Assembly: GCA_964016885.1 (NCBI GenBank)
Contig: OZ024754.1
Span: 8,432,001 to 8,496,000, forward strand
DNA length: 64,000 nucleotides
Reading direction: 5' to 3'
Source: Eledone cirrhosa
Taxonomy: Eukaryota
Shown piece by piece: positions 28,561 to 42,151 of this stretch (positions are counted from its first letter, which is position 1; the number at the start of each line of letters is the position of its first letter). Below the pieces are notes generated by a model that worked only from the letters and a program-made list of their open reading frames with translations, did not search any database and was not told the origin of the DNA. Both the position numbers and the translations under genes were made by a program.

Positions 28561-29175
28561 TCTCTGATGATATGGGATCGATTGTGCATTGGATATCGAA
28601 TGCTCTACTAAATATATAATATTATGATGGTGGATTGGCAGTATCGGTAGAGGATCGGACGCCATGCTTTCCAGCATAGTTACGTCCCTTTATGATCTGA
28701 GTTCAAATCCCGCCAAGGTTGACTTTGCCTTTCATCCTTACGGGGTCGATAAAATAAAGTACCAGTAATGCACTGGGTAATTGCTGGCCTTGTGCCTAAA
28801 GTAGAAACAATTATGATGATATGGGATCGATTGTGCATTGGATATCGAATGCTCTACTAAATATATAATATTATGATGGTGGATTGGCAGTATCGGTAGA
28901 GGATCGGACGCCATGCTTTCCAGCATAGTTACGTCCCTTTATGATCTGAGTTCAAATCCCGCCAAGGTTGACTTTGCCTTTCATCCTTACGGGGTCGATA
29001 AAATAAAGTACCAGTAATGCACTGGGTAATTGCTGGCCTTGTGCCTAAAGTAGAAACAATTATGATGATATGGGATCGATTGTGCATTGGATATCGAATG
29101 CTCTACTAAATATATAATATTATAGATGTAGCGAGATCTAGGCAAATAGATGTCTATTGAAACGTACGTAAGAAC
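28561..29175 (+). ncRNA. Long-stem-II hammerhead interrupted by a 249-bp SINE-containing duplication
   Basis: TCT-CTGATGA-TATGGGATC at 28561 and GATGTCTATT-GAA-ACGTACGT-A^AGA at ~29149-29173; inverted partner at ~28404-28562. Confidence 0.55.
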
Positions 29176-29342
29176 CAAATAAATCTCTTTTACTGCATCT
29201 TTCTGTTCTTTTTAATTCTTTATATATATATATGTACATCTGTGTATATATATATATATGCATGTATGTATGTATATTTATATATACATATACAGATGTA
29301 TATATATATATATATATGTGTGTGTGTGCGTGTGTACATCTG

Positions 29343-29382
<40 letters not shown>

Positions 29383-29384
29383 TA

Positions 29385-29572
29385 TAACGAAGGAAATGTG
29401 GTAAGGAACCAGGTGGACCATAACGCACCAAAGTACTCAATACTTAGGGTTGTAGAGTGGGTAATAGGAACGAGTAGGACCCCGACGGCTGAGCTCAAGC
29501 CGTTTCGACGGCTAATTCAGAATTAGCCGTCGAAACGGCTTGAGCTCAGCCGTCGGGGTCCTACTCGTTCCT
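29385..29572. mobile_element. Family G fold-back element
   Basis: Palindrome centred on CTAATTC-A-GAATTAG (~29519). Confidence 0.8.
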
Positions 29573-29608
29573 ATATATGTATATATATATATATGTATAT
29601 GTATATAT

Positions 29609-29651
<43 letters not shown>

Positions 29652-29667
29652 CATCTGTATGTATATG

Positions 29668-29758
<91 letters not shown>

Positions 29759-29861
29759 ATGTTTATACACAATTGTGGTTACAAACGAAAGACCAAAAAT
29801 CAACACTTGGAAGCTGAGTCAAGCTATATGTGTATGTGGGTGTAGAAATGTGTCAGTATGC

Positions 29862-29901
<40 letters not shown>

Positions 29902-30677
29902 CTGTGTGTGTGTGTGTACGTGTGTGTGTGTACGTGCGAGTGCGTATGTGTGTACGTGTGAGTGTGTGTACGTGCGAGTGTGTGTGTACGTGAGTGTGTG
30001 TGTACGTGCGAGTGTGTGTACGTGAGTGTGTGTGTGTGTACGTAGGTTTATGTCTATGTGGGTGTGTGTACGTGCGTGTGTGTGTACGTGCGAGTGTGTG
30101 TGTAGTAGCGAGTGTGTGTACGTGAGTGTGTATGTACGTATGTGTCTATGTGAGTGTGTGTACGTGAGTGTGTGTGTGTACGTGCGAGTGTGTGTGTACC
30201 AGCGAGTGTGTGTATGTGAGTGTGTGTCTATGTGAGTGTGTGTACGTGAGTGTGTACGCAAGAATGAAATATATAAGATAAATGAAGAACCACAGAAAGC
30301 GGTGGGAGGGTATATTTCGAAGATAGAAAGAATGATTTATGTTAAATTCCGCCATATTTTATCAGTGAACCAATGATTCCGACAGTTATTTATAAAAACT
30401 ACCATTAATTTTACACGGCTTTTGGCTTTTCTCTCTGTATGGTCTTCCATACATATTTAAATCTTTTCTCACGTAACCAAGTTCCGTTTCTTGTTTACTT
30501 TCTAATATGTACGTTTTTTTTTTTTGTTATTGTTGTTATTATTGTTGTAGTTTATTTTAATCTTTTTATTGCATTATCAGCTAATTTATTTGTGATTCAT
30601 AAATAAATCACCCAAAATAGTTTGTTTGTTTGTTTTTGGTGAGGGGAGAGAATTTTTATCTCAAGTTTTCTACAGCA

Positions 30678-30717
<40 letters not shown>

Positions 30718-30955
30718 AGTATGCATGTATACGTACATACATATATGTATACAGACGTACAGTAGCATGCACATATATATATATATATATACATATATAT
30801 ATACATATGCATACAGGTACACATACATATATGCACGTATCAGTTTAGCGGCGCTAACGTCGCTTTGTTCGTTTGTAAACAAACTGAACAGCCTGAATTT
30901 ATGCCATACGGTGTTAAGGCAACCACGTCACCTTTTTGTTCAACACTGACACAGG

Positions 30956-31000
30956 AACGATGTACTAGTTTCAAGCTTGTTAGCTATCATCAGCACCGTT
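30956..31000 (-). ncRNA. Type I hammerhead (inverted unit)
   Basis: Minus strand: AACGGTG-CTGATGA-T AGCT AACA AGCT T-GAA-ACTAGT-A^CATCGTT. Confidence 0.85.
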
Positions 31001-31093
31001 TACCCATCTGCCAGATAGTTGAACGTTCGAAAGTATATACTTTCTGCCAGATAGTTGAACGTTCGAAAGTATATACCATCTGGCAGATGGGTA

Positions 31094-31138
31094 AACGGTG
31101 CTGATGATAGCTAACAAGCTTGAAACTAGTACATCATT
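31094..31138 (+). ncRNA. Type I hammerhead (unit 1)
   Basis: Same motif with one stem I mismatch (CATCATT); predicted cut after 31131. Confidence 0.8.
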
Positions 31139-31559
31139 CCTGTGTCAGTGTTGAACAAAAAGGTGACGTGGTTGCCTTAACACCGTATGGCATAAATTCA
31201 GGCTGTTCAGTTTGTTTACAAACGAACAAAGCGACGTTAGCGCCGCTAAACTGATACGTGCATATATGTATGTGTACCTGTATGCATATGTATATATATA
31301 TGTATATATATATATATATGTGCATGCTACTGTACGTCTGTATACATATATGTATGTACGTATACATGCATACTTACATTTAAGTAAGTGCCATACTAAG
31401 AGTGAGAAATGAAATTTCGTTTTCATTTTGTTTCAATTTATCGTTTTCGGTATGCCTGACCGATTTAACTCACTCAATATGCAAATTAGGCTGCTCAGCC
31501 GTTAATTTTCATAAGGAAAGTATATACTTTCGAACGTTCAACTATCTGGCAGATGGGTA

Positions 31560-31604
31560 AACGGTGCTGATGATAGCTAACAAGCTTGAAACTAGTACAT
31601 CGTT
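31560..31604 (+). ncRNA. Type I hammerhead (unit 2)
   Basis: Same motif; predicted cut after 31597. Confidence 0.85.
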
Positions 31605-32003
31605 CCTGTGTCAGTGTTGAACAAAAAGGTGACGTGGTTGCCTTAACACCGTATGGCATAAATTCAGGCTGTTCAGTTTGTTTACAAACGAACAAAGCGA
31701 CGTTAGCGCCGCTAAACTGATACGTGCATATATGTATATATATATGTATATATATATATATATGTGCATGCTACTGTACGTCTGTATACATATATGTATG
31801 TACGTATACATGCATACTTACATTTAAGTAAGTGCCATACTAAGAGTGAGAAATGAAATTTCGTTTTCATTTTGTTTCAATTTATCGTTTTCGGTATGCC
31901 TGACCGATTTAACTCACTCAATATGCAAATTAGGCTGCTCAGCCGTTAATTTTCATAAGGAAAGTATATACTTTCGAACGTTCAACTATCTGGCAGATGG
32001 GTA

Positions 32004-32048
32004 AACGGTGCTGATGATAGCTAACAAGCTTGAAACTAGTACATCGTT
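32004..32048 (+). ncRNA. Type I hammerhead (unit 3)
   Basis: Same motif; predicted cut after 32041. Confidence 0.85.
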
Positions 32049-32345
32049 CCTGTGTCAGTGTTGAACAAAAAGGTGACGTGGTTGCCTTAACACCGTATGG
32101 CATAAATTCAGGCTGTTCAGTTTGTTTACAAACGAACAAAGCGACGTTAGCGCCGCTAAACTGATACGTGCATATATGTATGTGTACCTGTATGCATATG
32201 TATATATATATGTATATATATATATATATGTGCATGCTACTGTACGTCTGTATACATATATGTATGTACGTATACATGCATACTTACATTTAAGTAAGTG
32301 CCATACTAAGAGTGAGAAATGAAATTTCGTTTTCATTTTGTTTCA

Positions 32346-32381
<36 letters not shown>

Positions 32382-32894
32382 TTATGTTCATCTGTATATA
32401 TATATAAATAAAATTAGTCCTTCATCAGTGATCTTCTAACTTTCATTGGTATTTCATCGCTTTAAAAATCATATACCTCTAGTTGGTACGAGCAATAACA
32501 AATAAAGTTATTGGGACAAGTAAAATAGGGTGAAACGAGCGAGACATGTAAACAAACAACGATGATATGGCAACGGAAACATAGGAAGAGACAAGCACAT
32601 GAAATCTGTAAGCTTAAGCTTGGTGAATTCATGGGCGAGAGATACAGACCATCCGACATGGGTGAGATGTGAGCGAGAAAAGGATTTCACACAAGTCAAA
32701 CGGGAGGAAGTGAGAGAAGGGGAAGCAGAGAGTGAGTGAGTGGAAGTGGGAGGAAGAGACCAGCAGAGAGAGAGTGTGTGTGACTGGCAGAGGGGGTAAA
32801 AAGAGGAGAGAGTGTAAGAAAGAAACAGACAATCGCAGCTGAGGAAAAAATATAAATATGAGAAAAATGGAGCGCTGCTCAGATGAACATAAAA

Positions 32895-32943
<49 letters not shown>

Positions 32944-32944
<1 letters not shown>

Positions 32945-33590
32945 TAGCCAAACTACCCGTCCTTTGGACGGTTCAAGTAGCTTTCGATGTAGCTCATTAA
33001 ACTAAACAAAGTAAATTTGAATACATAGAAGAAAAACGTACTTTATGTAGACAAGAAAACCTTAGGTACTATTCCAGCGAAATAATTAATATGTGAGCTC
33101 GGTGTCATCCGTTATACCATGTAACAACAGAAATCCAGTCTAGGTATAAATTTGTTTGACAACAGTAAAAGCGCATCATGAAATAGAGAAGTGAAGTGAA
33201 TAATAAACACTATTATGTACAAAGCATAATATTGTAAAAGTTATGACATCACTTAATGTATGAACATCAAGCTTGAAACGATAAATTATACAATGTCAAA
33301 TCTATAACTTAACTTAGTAATCTGTTAGAAATTGCTGGTTGTGAAATATACAAAATGATATTGTTATTTTCTTTGTTTCAAGTACAAAGAGTAAATTAAA
33401 ATCCGAATGAGCCGAATTACGAAAGATAACTCTTGTCTTACTTAAAGATAACTCTTGTCTTACTTAATCACGAAAATTGACACAAATAACAGAAACTTTT
33501 TTAATGTCTCCAAAATCCCCAATATCAATTTTGTAGATCATGTACAGGTTTTGTGCAGGGAGAACTCTAAAAAATGTTTCAAAGAAATCG
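32944..33590 (-). mobile_element. Non-autonomous Helitron-like element (3' end at 32944; distal boundary uncertain)
   Basis: Minus strand hairpin CCGTCC AAA GGACGG about 10 nt before a terminal CTAG followed by T. Confidence 0.6.
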
Positions 33591-33634
33591 CATGATTAAC
33601 CTAAGTCTAGTTTGCTCATCAGACAGAGGGGTTA

Positions 33635-33700
33635 TCTGTCTGATGAGCAAACTAGACGTAGGTTAATATTGTCTAGGGTCCTGAAACCTTTGGTAATGGA
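33635..33700 (+). ncRNA. Type I hammerhead in a short fold-back (33595-33667)
   Basis: TCTGT-CTGATGA-GCAAA CTAGAC...GTCTAG GGTCCT-GAA-ACC TTT GGT-A^ATGGA; base of stem II is imperfect. Confidence 0.65.
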
Positions 33701-33799
33701 GTAGTTATATATTGTGTTGTTCACTTTCTAATTAAATAGCTCTGTTCTATACATAGAGCACTCTTTTTTCCTTTGCTTTTTCTTCGGAAATACTTAACA

Positions 33800-34385
33800 T
33801 CTAGAGCAAGGGGAGTGTGTTTCCCCTGAGGATGGTGAAGGAGATGTGCTGGAAGAGCCATTCCAGCTCGCGAGACTCACACCTGCGGGTAGCCAACCCT
33901 GTGCCGATGATGGTGAGCAGGGAGGTGGCCCTAGGGCCAAGGACACCAGAAGTCTCCACTGTCAAGGGCTCGACAGCAAAAACTGATATACAAATCATCC
34001 TAAACACAAGAAAGCCACTGTTGTACTATGATGTGTCTTTCTGGATTAATAAAAGCACGGTCAACTGTTATAACCAGCCTCAAAATCGCGAACTTCTAGG
34101 ATATAACCCTAGGCATAAACAAGGGCCTACACGGGCAGGGCCAGTCATAAACCAAACGGAGTAAGCAGAACGAAGAGCATCATTAATTGAACTTGCAGTA
34201 TCTCACTTACAAAACAATATAACCCTCTCCAGGTCTGAGTACAGCAGATTTCTTCCAAAGAAAGATAGAAAGTGAGAGAGAAGAAACGAGAAAGAGATAT
34301 AGAGGAAGAATCGACCCCAGTACTAGACTGGTAATTCTTTTATTACCCTCAAAAGATAGAAAGAAAATGAGAAAGAGATATAGAG
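33800..34385 (-). mobile_element. Composite repeat with CRE fragment (33800-33980); paralog at 59101-59700
   Basis: PLTVETSGVLGPRA...WLFQHISFTILRGN; the ~590-bp block is duplicated. Confidence 0.75.
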
Positions 34386-34441
34386 GAGAGCGACTGATGT
34401 CATGTTTTGGTTTATTTACTGCTTGTGTTTTGTTATTATTG

Positions 34442-34472
<31 letters not shown>

Positions 34473-34886
34473 TTCTACATTGCCTACCATGTATTAATGT
34501 ATCTATTTTATTTTGCTAGGTCCTAGATGTCGATCCAATCCATCTGAAAACAAATACTTACCGGAGCTGACAACAACAACAACAACAACAACTACTTAAT
34601 ACAACCAACAACAACAACAACATCTATCCTAAAAATAATAATAATTTCTGATGAGAGAAACACCATGTCTGATTACTTTGACAAAAGAATAACGCTATTC
34701 ATCTATAATGCATGAAATTCCTAAAACAGAAAAAAACTTAAGTCTGAAATTCTTAGAAGAAGACAAAAATATATATATATTTATATATATATAGATGAAA
34801 TATGTGGACGTTGGCCCTGGTAATTAATTGCTAAATGAAACTTGTCCTACCATTGATTAAAATTCCAAATAATAATAATAATAACA

Positions 34887-35024
34887 CTTCAAAAGGCATG
34901 TTTGCTGGGAACAGCAACAACCCTCTGATACGTCCTGAATATCTGAGGCTGCAAATAGCGGCTTGATGTTCATTTGAACAAACTTTTCAGTTAAATAACA
35001 TCAATGACTGAGACTCCAAGGAAA
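34887..35024 (+). mobile_element. Short 3' end of the R4/Dong family, in (TAA)n
   Basis: Closely matches ~25270-25405; (TAA)n on both sides. Confidence 0.85.
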
Positions 35025-35026
35025 TA

Positions 35027-35084
<58 letters not shown>

Positions 35085-35160
35085 TAATAATGGTAGCGAA
35101 GAAGACAATCGATAATAAGCTGGTATCTGTTTGTTTGTACATTTATATTGTGAAAACATA

Positions 35161-36585
35161 ATGGAATCTGATAGAAACCGGAAAGTTCTTATGGTTGAAC
35201 CACTGACTAACGAGCAACATATCTTTGCATATAACTTCTCCAATGTAACAGACAGTTTAGACGCTGACTTTAATCAGTTTGGAACAACTATTGGACCACA
35301 AGATGACCGGATCTGGACTCCAGACGTAATACAACGTGTCGCATGTATAGCTGTGATCATGGTTATTGCAGTTCTAGGAAACACAATCATCATAATCGTA
35401 CTGACTTGTAGTAAATATAGAAAGAAGAACAGTCGTGTGAATATTTTCATTATAAATTTAGCTATTGGGGACCTAACTGTGTGCTTTGGAACCATGACTA
35501 CAGAAATTCTCTTCGTCTGCTTTGGTGAATGGGTCCTAGGACCCGTTGCCTGCAAGATCTTACCTTACCTACAGATTGTCACTCTAGCTAGTACGACCTT
35601 CATACTCATTGCTATGAGTTACGACCGTTTCATGGCTATCTGCAATCCCTTAAACTTTAGAAACACCATTCACCAAGCTAGAGTATCTATTGCAGCGGCT
35701 TGGATTATGGCATTCGGATTCGCTGTTCCACAGCTCTTCATTTTTGTACAAACGGTCGAGGAAGTGCATCCAAATGGTAAGAAGAAATATAAGTGCTTAT
35801 CTAAAGGCTACACTTGGGAATGGCAGAGAAAAATCTATTTTACGTTTTTGACAATATACATTCTCGTCATACCTGCCATCTTGATTTCATATTTCTATAT
35901 AAACGTAGTGCTTGTTGTTTGGCGAGCAAGTCGAGAGATAGTCAACACAGCAGGGGAGGGCACTCTTCGTAGAAGTGTGCCCAATCGCAGCACAATACCA
36001 CGCGCTAAAATCAAAACAATTAAAATGACTTTAAGCATTATAACAATTTTTATTGCTTGTTGGACCCCATATTTTGTTGTCAATCTGATTCGAATATACA
36101 GCAATTATGATTACGATGTTCCACTACCAGTGGTAACCTTTGCTGAAACAATGGCTCTCTTACAGAGCGGGCTGAATCCTTTATTGTATGGTTTTTACAA
36201 CATTAAACTGAAAAGGGGACTTATGGAGGTTTTCTGCCCTCATAAGATTGCAAAACTGAACAGGAATCAAAGTTTACGCACCGTACTGCCGACAGAATGT
36301 GTATCAGTTGCTGAGGATTTCAAGAGCTCTCGAAGTTCAGTACGAAGCGGCGGAAGAGAGTATCACCTTGTTAATCAGATTAACAACATAACTGTTTCAG
36401 CAAGTGACAGACAACGAAACCAGACTTCCATTATCACAGAAGAAAATACGAATGGGTATAGATTACGGGTAAGATTTACACCCAAAGAGACAATTCATCC
36501 GACCGACAATAAACACAGCGAGGAGAGCCTCCTGGAAAATGAGATAAAACCACAAACCACTGAGTGTGAAACCACAAAAGTATAA
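35161..36585 (+). CDS. Intronless rhodopsin-family neuropeptide GPCR (vasopressin/GnRH/CCAP-NPS receptor superfamily), ~474 aa
   Basis: Seven hydrophobic segments; GN in TM1, [19 protein letters not shown]-x-P in TM4, [20 protein letters not shown]; N-terminal NFS and NVT sequons; first ATG at 35161. Confidence 0.95.
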   Translation: MESDRNRKVLMVEPLTNEQHIFAYNFSNVTDSLDADFNQFGTTIGPQDDRIWTPDVIQRVACIAVIMVIAVLGNTIIIIVLTCSKYRKKNSRVNIFIINLAIGDLTVCFGTMTTEILFVCFGEWVLGPVACKILPYLQIVTLASTTFILIAMSYDRFMAICNPLNFRNTIHQARVSIAAAWIMAFGFAVPQLFIFVQTVEEVHPNGKKKYKCLSKGYTWEWQRKIYFTFLTIYILVIPAILISYFYINVVLVVWRASREIVNTAGEGTLRRSVPNRSTIPRAKIKTIKMTLSIITIFIACWTPYFVVNLIRIYSNYDYDVPLPVVTFAETMALLQSGLNPLLYGFYNIKLKRGLMEVFCPHKIAKLNRNQSLRTVLPTECVSVAEDFKSSRSSVRSGGREYHLVNQINNITVSASDRQRNQTSIITEENTNGYRLRVRFTPKETIHPTDNKHSEESLLENEIKPQTTECETTKV

Positions 36586-36652
36586 AATATAAAATATATA
36601 TATTGGAACATTTCTTTCAAAAGAACCAATCGCAGTGATCTTCAAATTATAC

Positions 36653-36702
<50 letters not shown>

Positions 36703-36797
36703 GTATATATAAATATATGTACATATGTGTGTATATGTATATACATATATATATACATATATATTTATATATATATATATATATATACATATATATT

Positions 36798-36832
<35 letters not shown>

Positions 36833-37081
36833 AAATATATATATGCACATTTGAGTGTATATATCAAGTGTGTTCACATCAAACTCACGAGTTTATAGAT
36901 GTAAATATAATTCTATATTAATGGTTAGGGGTTCCATATACATACTTGTATATGTATATATGCATACACACACACACGCAAACATATATGCGCGTATATA
37001 TATACATATATACGCGTACATACATTCATATATGCACGCATGTACATACATATATAATAAAACACAAACACACACACACAC

Positions 37082-37140
<59 letters not shown>

Positions 37141-37744
37141 CATAATACATGTGCGTGTGTGTATGCGCGTAAAGTACTGCATACGCGGTGTAACTTCCTG
37201 AATATCACTGCTGTATTCAAATATTGGGTTTTACGTGGGTATATATACATATGTATATACATATACTGTATATATATATATACATATATATATATACATA
37301 TGTATATACATATATATACATATATACATATGTATATACATATATATACATATATATGTATAGATATACATATATATATATACATATATACATATATATA
37401 TACATATATATACATATATATGTATAGATATACATATATATATATACATATATACATATATATATACATATATATATATTTACTTTTATATATATACATA
37501 CATATATGTATGTATATATATATATATATATTATTGAATCGAAGTCAGAGAATTGAGTTCCTTGAGTGCACCTAGATATACAAACAACATGCATTAATAT
37601 ATATCACATGTATATCTGCACATATCTTTGGTTCTAAATCTACTTGGAGAAAAGCAAGAGGTAAACCCCAGGCTTTTGACTATATCAAACACCCACCAAC
37701 ACTTCAATCATTCACCCCATTACAGCATAAAACATTGATAGGCC

Positions 37745-38075
37745 CTTAGTACCTGTGGCGGGATCTTTGTACCTGTCGTGGGCTCTTGTTGGTCCATGTG
37801 GGGGGCTCTTTTTCGTGCCTGTGGGGGCTCATAGTTTCTGGGGAGGGGAGCGCGGTGGGGGTTGGGACTATTCGTACCAGGGAAACCTCTTGGTTCCTGT
37901 AGATGTTGGTACCTGTGGGGGGCTCTTGGTACCTGTGGGAGCGTTTGGTCCCTGTGGGAGCTTTTGATCCCTGTGTGTGGGGGGGGGGGGGGGGCTCTTG
38001 ATCGCTGTGGCGCCCTCCGTCCCTGTGAGGGCCCTTAGTCCCTGTAGAGGCTCTCAGGCCCTGTGGGGGCTCCTA
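37745..38075 (+). repeat. Degenerate GC-rich ~20-bp repeat (GGCTCTTGGTACCTGTGGGG-like)
   Basis: Recurrent CCTGTGGG/GGCTCTT units. Confidence 0.6.
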
Positions 38076-38293
38076 GGTTTAAGCCTACACAGTCTACTAA
38101 ATAATACAGCCCTTGGTAAAACCGTAGCAATTAACATTTTCAGAGAAGAGCTGCCATCGATATCGGATGTTTTAGAGAACGAGGGCGAGGTGGAAGATAA
38201 GAGACATGGCTCAGAAGGAGGGGGGAAAACGGGAGTTAGAGATAGAGAGATATAAATAGGGAGAGAGAAGAAGAGAGAGGACAGATGAATGCG

Positions 38294-38331
<38 letters not shown>

Positions 38332-38361
38332 TCTGTGTGTGTGTGTATTTATATATAGTGG

Positions 38362-38436
<75 letters not shown>

Positions 38437-38460
38437 GTCTATATATGCGTGTATGCGTGT

Positions 38461-38491
<31 letters not shown>

Positions 38492-39818
38492 CATATGTCT
38501 GTATATATACGTGTGTACATACATACATACATACATACATACATACATACATACATACATACATACATACATACATACATACATACATACGTACGTACGT
38601 ACGTACGTACATAGATGTGTGTATGTATGGCTTCCCATGTCATGGCCGCCGAATGGAAGCCACCTTGTGGCATGTATCAGTTAGATATGTAACGTATAGT
38701 CAGATTTCCGTCGTCTATGCCGGATTAACCAGCCTCCATCCAGGAAATGCATTGCAACAGCCGGACTGAGGTATTGAGGACAGTAGTCACTTCCAAGGAC
38801 AGACAATACACTGTTACTAAATGATGACTACACACATACAGAGAAGTATAGACATATGTGTGTGTGTGTGCATGTGAGTGTGGGTGTGTGTATGTGTGCA
38901 CACATACGCACATAAATGTATATATATATATATGTGTATATGTATGCATACATATATACGTATATGTTTATATATATATACATACATACATACATATATA
39001 TATATATATATCCTCCTTTCAATTGAATTGAAAAATACAAAATACAAAACACATACATACAAAAAACAAACAGGAAGCTATCAATATGGCGGACGACCTG
39101 ATCGTAAGAGTAAATTGCAGTTAGCTGAGAATTCCACACAGACACGTGTTCTGTTAAGATAGTTCTCAGAGAGATTGAGCATCACATAGTATGTGACAAG
39201 GCTGGCCCTTTGGATTACAGAAACAACACATTTTTTTTTTCAGCTGAGCGGAGTGGAGCAACGTGAAATAAAATGTCTTACTGAAGGACATATGGCATCT
39301 CGAGGAATCGACCTCATGACCTTATGCTGGTACACCTAACACTCTATCCAGTAAGCCACACGATTTCACAAGCCACTTGTGTACTATTATTGCAAAATAA
39401 GAACACTAGAAGCAATCAATCAATAAATTAATAAAATCTATATGAAAAAAATAAACAAGCATATTCTGATATATATATATATAAACAAAGAAAATGTTGT
39501 AAGATACCAGGTGGACCATAACGCACCAGAGTACTCGATACTTAGGGTAGTAGAGTTGGTTCGGATCTAGCTGTCGGAACGGCCGGAGCTCAGCCGTCTG
39601 GGTCCTGACTCTTTTCCTATATATATATATATATATATATATTAAAATACAAATATTAATAAAATAGATGTTCTTTTTATCAATAACATTTTATTATACA
39701 TATTTCGGATGTACAACAGTACGTCCTTTAATAACTCTGGAAAATTATTTTTCATAGAGTGCTTCCAATCTACTGTAAAACTCATTATTTGATATACTCA
39801 TTGAATATTGTTTAACTC

Positions 39819-39907
<89 letters not shown>

Positions 39908-40706
39908 GGAAGATCGTAGCCTTTCGAATTGAGGGTATCACCAATCCCTGAACAGGACACCAGTATAGAGTGCCAAAGGTCTCATCTTCCCCCTCTACAA
40001 TAAGGCCCAGATACAGTCGGAGCTGGTGTTATATATATGTTTCACTCCTTAGATTAAAATCATGAACATCAACAGTTTGTTTATTAAGTTGTGCTGAATG
40101 TCCTGCCCATATGGCTGGCTGTTATAACTCTTGTGACTGCGTTTTAAGTTGTGTTGAGGCTGGCTGTCATATGGTTACTGTATTCTTGTGGTTTAAGAGT
40201 TCAAAGACACACAATTCATTAATACCTATTACATGAGGTGGACATTTTTAACTCAGATCCCAGTGATACCTACATCACAGCAGTGTCTATTTTGTGTTAT
40301 TTTTATTAAACTTTTTATGTGGGAGGTTTAGAAAAGGTTAAGAGATGCATGAAGTGTGGAATTGTGCAGAGAGAAATACAATTGAGAACAGGCTTTTATA
40401 GACAGAGGGTCCCTTCACATTAATGGATCTCAATATAAAATGAATCCCGAAAATGTGAAAACATCATCAAAACTAAGCAAGGGAGTTATTACAAATGCAT
40501 ATTGGGTCGCAATACAAAATGCAGCTCTTGCTTTAATCAAGAAGAACAACGCTGCCTATTGATGGCCTCCTTCCGTGGTAAATGAAAGGACGGGGGTGCG
40601 GTTTTTCATCTTCAAAACTGGAAATCCTGTCGGAATTTCTTGCTACAAAGTGTATTTCCAACTGTGACGTCCAACTGGTGGTGTTAAGTCTCTAGATGAT
40701 AGATTA

Positions 40707-40797
<91 letters not shown>

Positions 40798-40955
40798 GTG
40801 TGTGTGTGCGTATGTGTGTGCGTGCGTGTGTGCGTGCGTGTGTGTGGGGGGATCTGCGTGCACTACGCAAGAACATAGAGAATGAATGTATATCCTCCAC
40901 AAGGTTAAGCCTCTGGATGATAGATTAACTCTGTGTGTGTGTGCGCGTGCGTGTA

Positions 40956-40991
<36 letters not shown>

Positions 40992-41798
40992 CATGCGTGT
41001 GAACACACTACGCAAAAACATTCAAAAGTAATCGTATCCCTCACCAGGTTTTCTGCCTATCAAATTCATTACATAAGCAATTTCTTTATTCTGAGACGCT
41101 GATGGAACCCAGGTACCTGCAAAGCGAAATTCATAACCAGGAATTCTGAAGGCAAAAATATCTCACTGTCAAAATAAGGTGAGCGAGAAAAGAACTTCAT
41201 TCAGCCCTAACTATCGACATAATTCCTTTTAAAGGAGTTCGGGTAATAAAAATCAAAAAGCAAGCAAGGGAGAGAACTATAGCATGAGCTAGTCCAAGTC
41301 TTTTGGAACGATTTAAAATAATGCATTGGACACAGGCACAGCCATACCGGTGTGAATATTTAAACCTTGTGATATAAATAAAATTAAACATGATATATGA
41401 TGTAACAGTGCCAGAATGGCCGCAGTCTAATCACGAATAAGAATAAAAGAATATATTACTATAATATTGATATTCTAATATGGCGCATCTTTTGATTGAG
41501 AGTGGTGTTGGCTCATCTGGTGTGGACATGTTTCCTATTGCTATTGTTTTCATTTATTTTAAAACCAAAGATTTTTTCAGATTATTATTTCCTTGACATT
41601 ATCAATGTTAGTTTTAAGAAAAACTCCAAAATCAAACTAAAAGTATGATCCATTTAAAATGTGTTCCTTAGAGGCATAATTAAATACTGTACAAATTGAA
41701 TATATTTCAACAATGTTTTAAAATCTATATGTCAGAGTGTGTATGTATAAGTGTACGAACACACACATTCTCTCTCACACAAACAAACACACACATAT

Positions 41799-41850
<52 letters not shown>

Positions 41851-42117
41851 CACACACATATATATATATATGCTATATATATGTATATATATACTATATA
41901 TATACTATATATGTGTATATATATATACTATATATATATACAATATATATATACAATGTAAATATACCATATATGTACAATATATATATATATACCATAT
42001 ATATATATACTATACATTAAACTTACCTCATTTCCTTTGTGTTCTATATGTGTTATTGTTGTTGCTGTTGACTATTATGATGATGTTGTTAATAATGATG
42101 ATGATAACGATGATGGC

Positions 42118-42151
<34 letters not shown>

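Larger units (their letters stand above)
30716..32350. mobile_element. Retrozyme/pLTR-like tandem array: three direct ~450-bp units (last one partial) plus one inverted unit
   Basis: Near-identical non-coding units, each carrying a hammerhead; flanked by (TA)n. Confidence 0.8.

Noticed and set aside
32412-32428. Minus-strand CTGATGAAGGACTA, similar to 63142
   Set aside because: Truncated by (TA)n, so not a complete ribozyme.
35131-35160. TTG start given by the ORF track for the GPCR
   Set aside because: Eukaryotic gene; the first in-frame ATG is at 35161.
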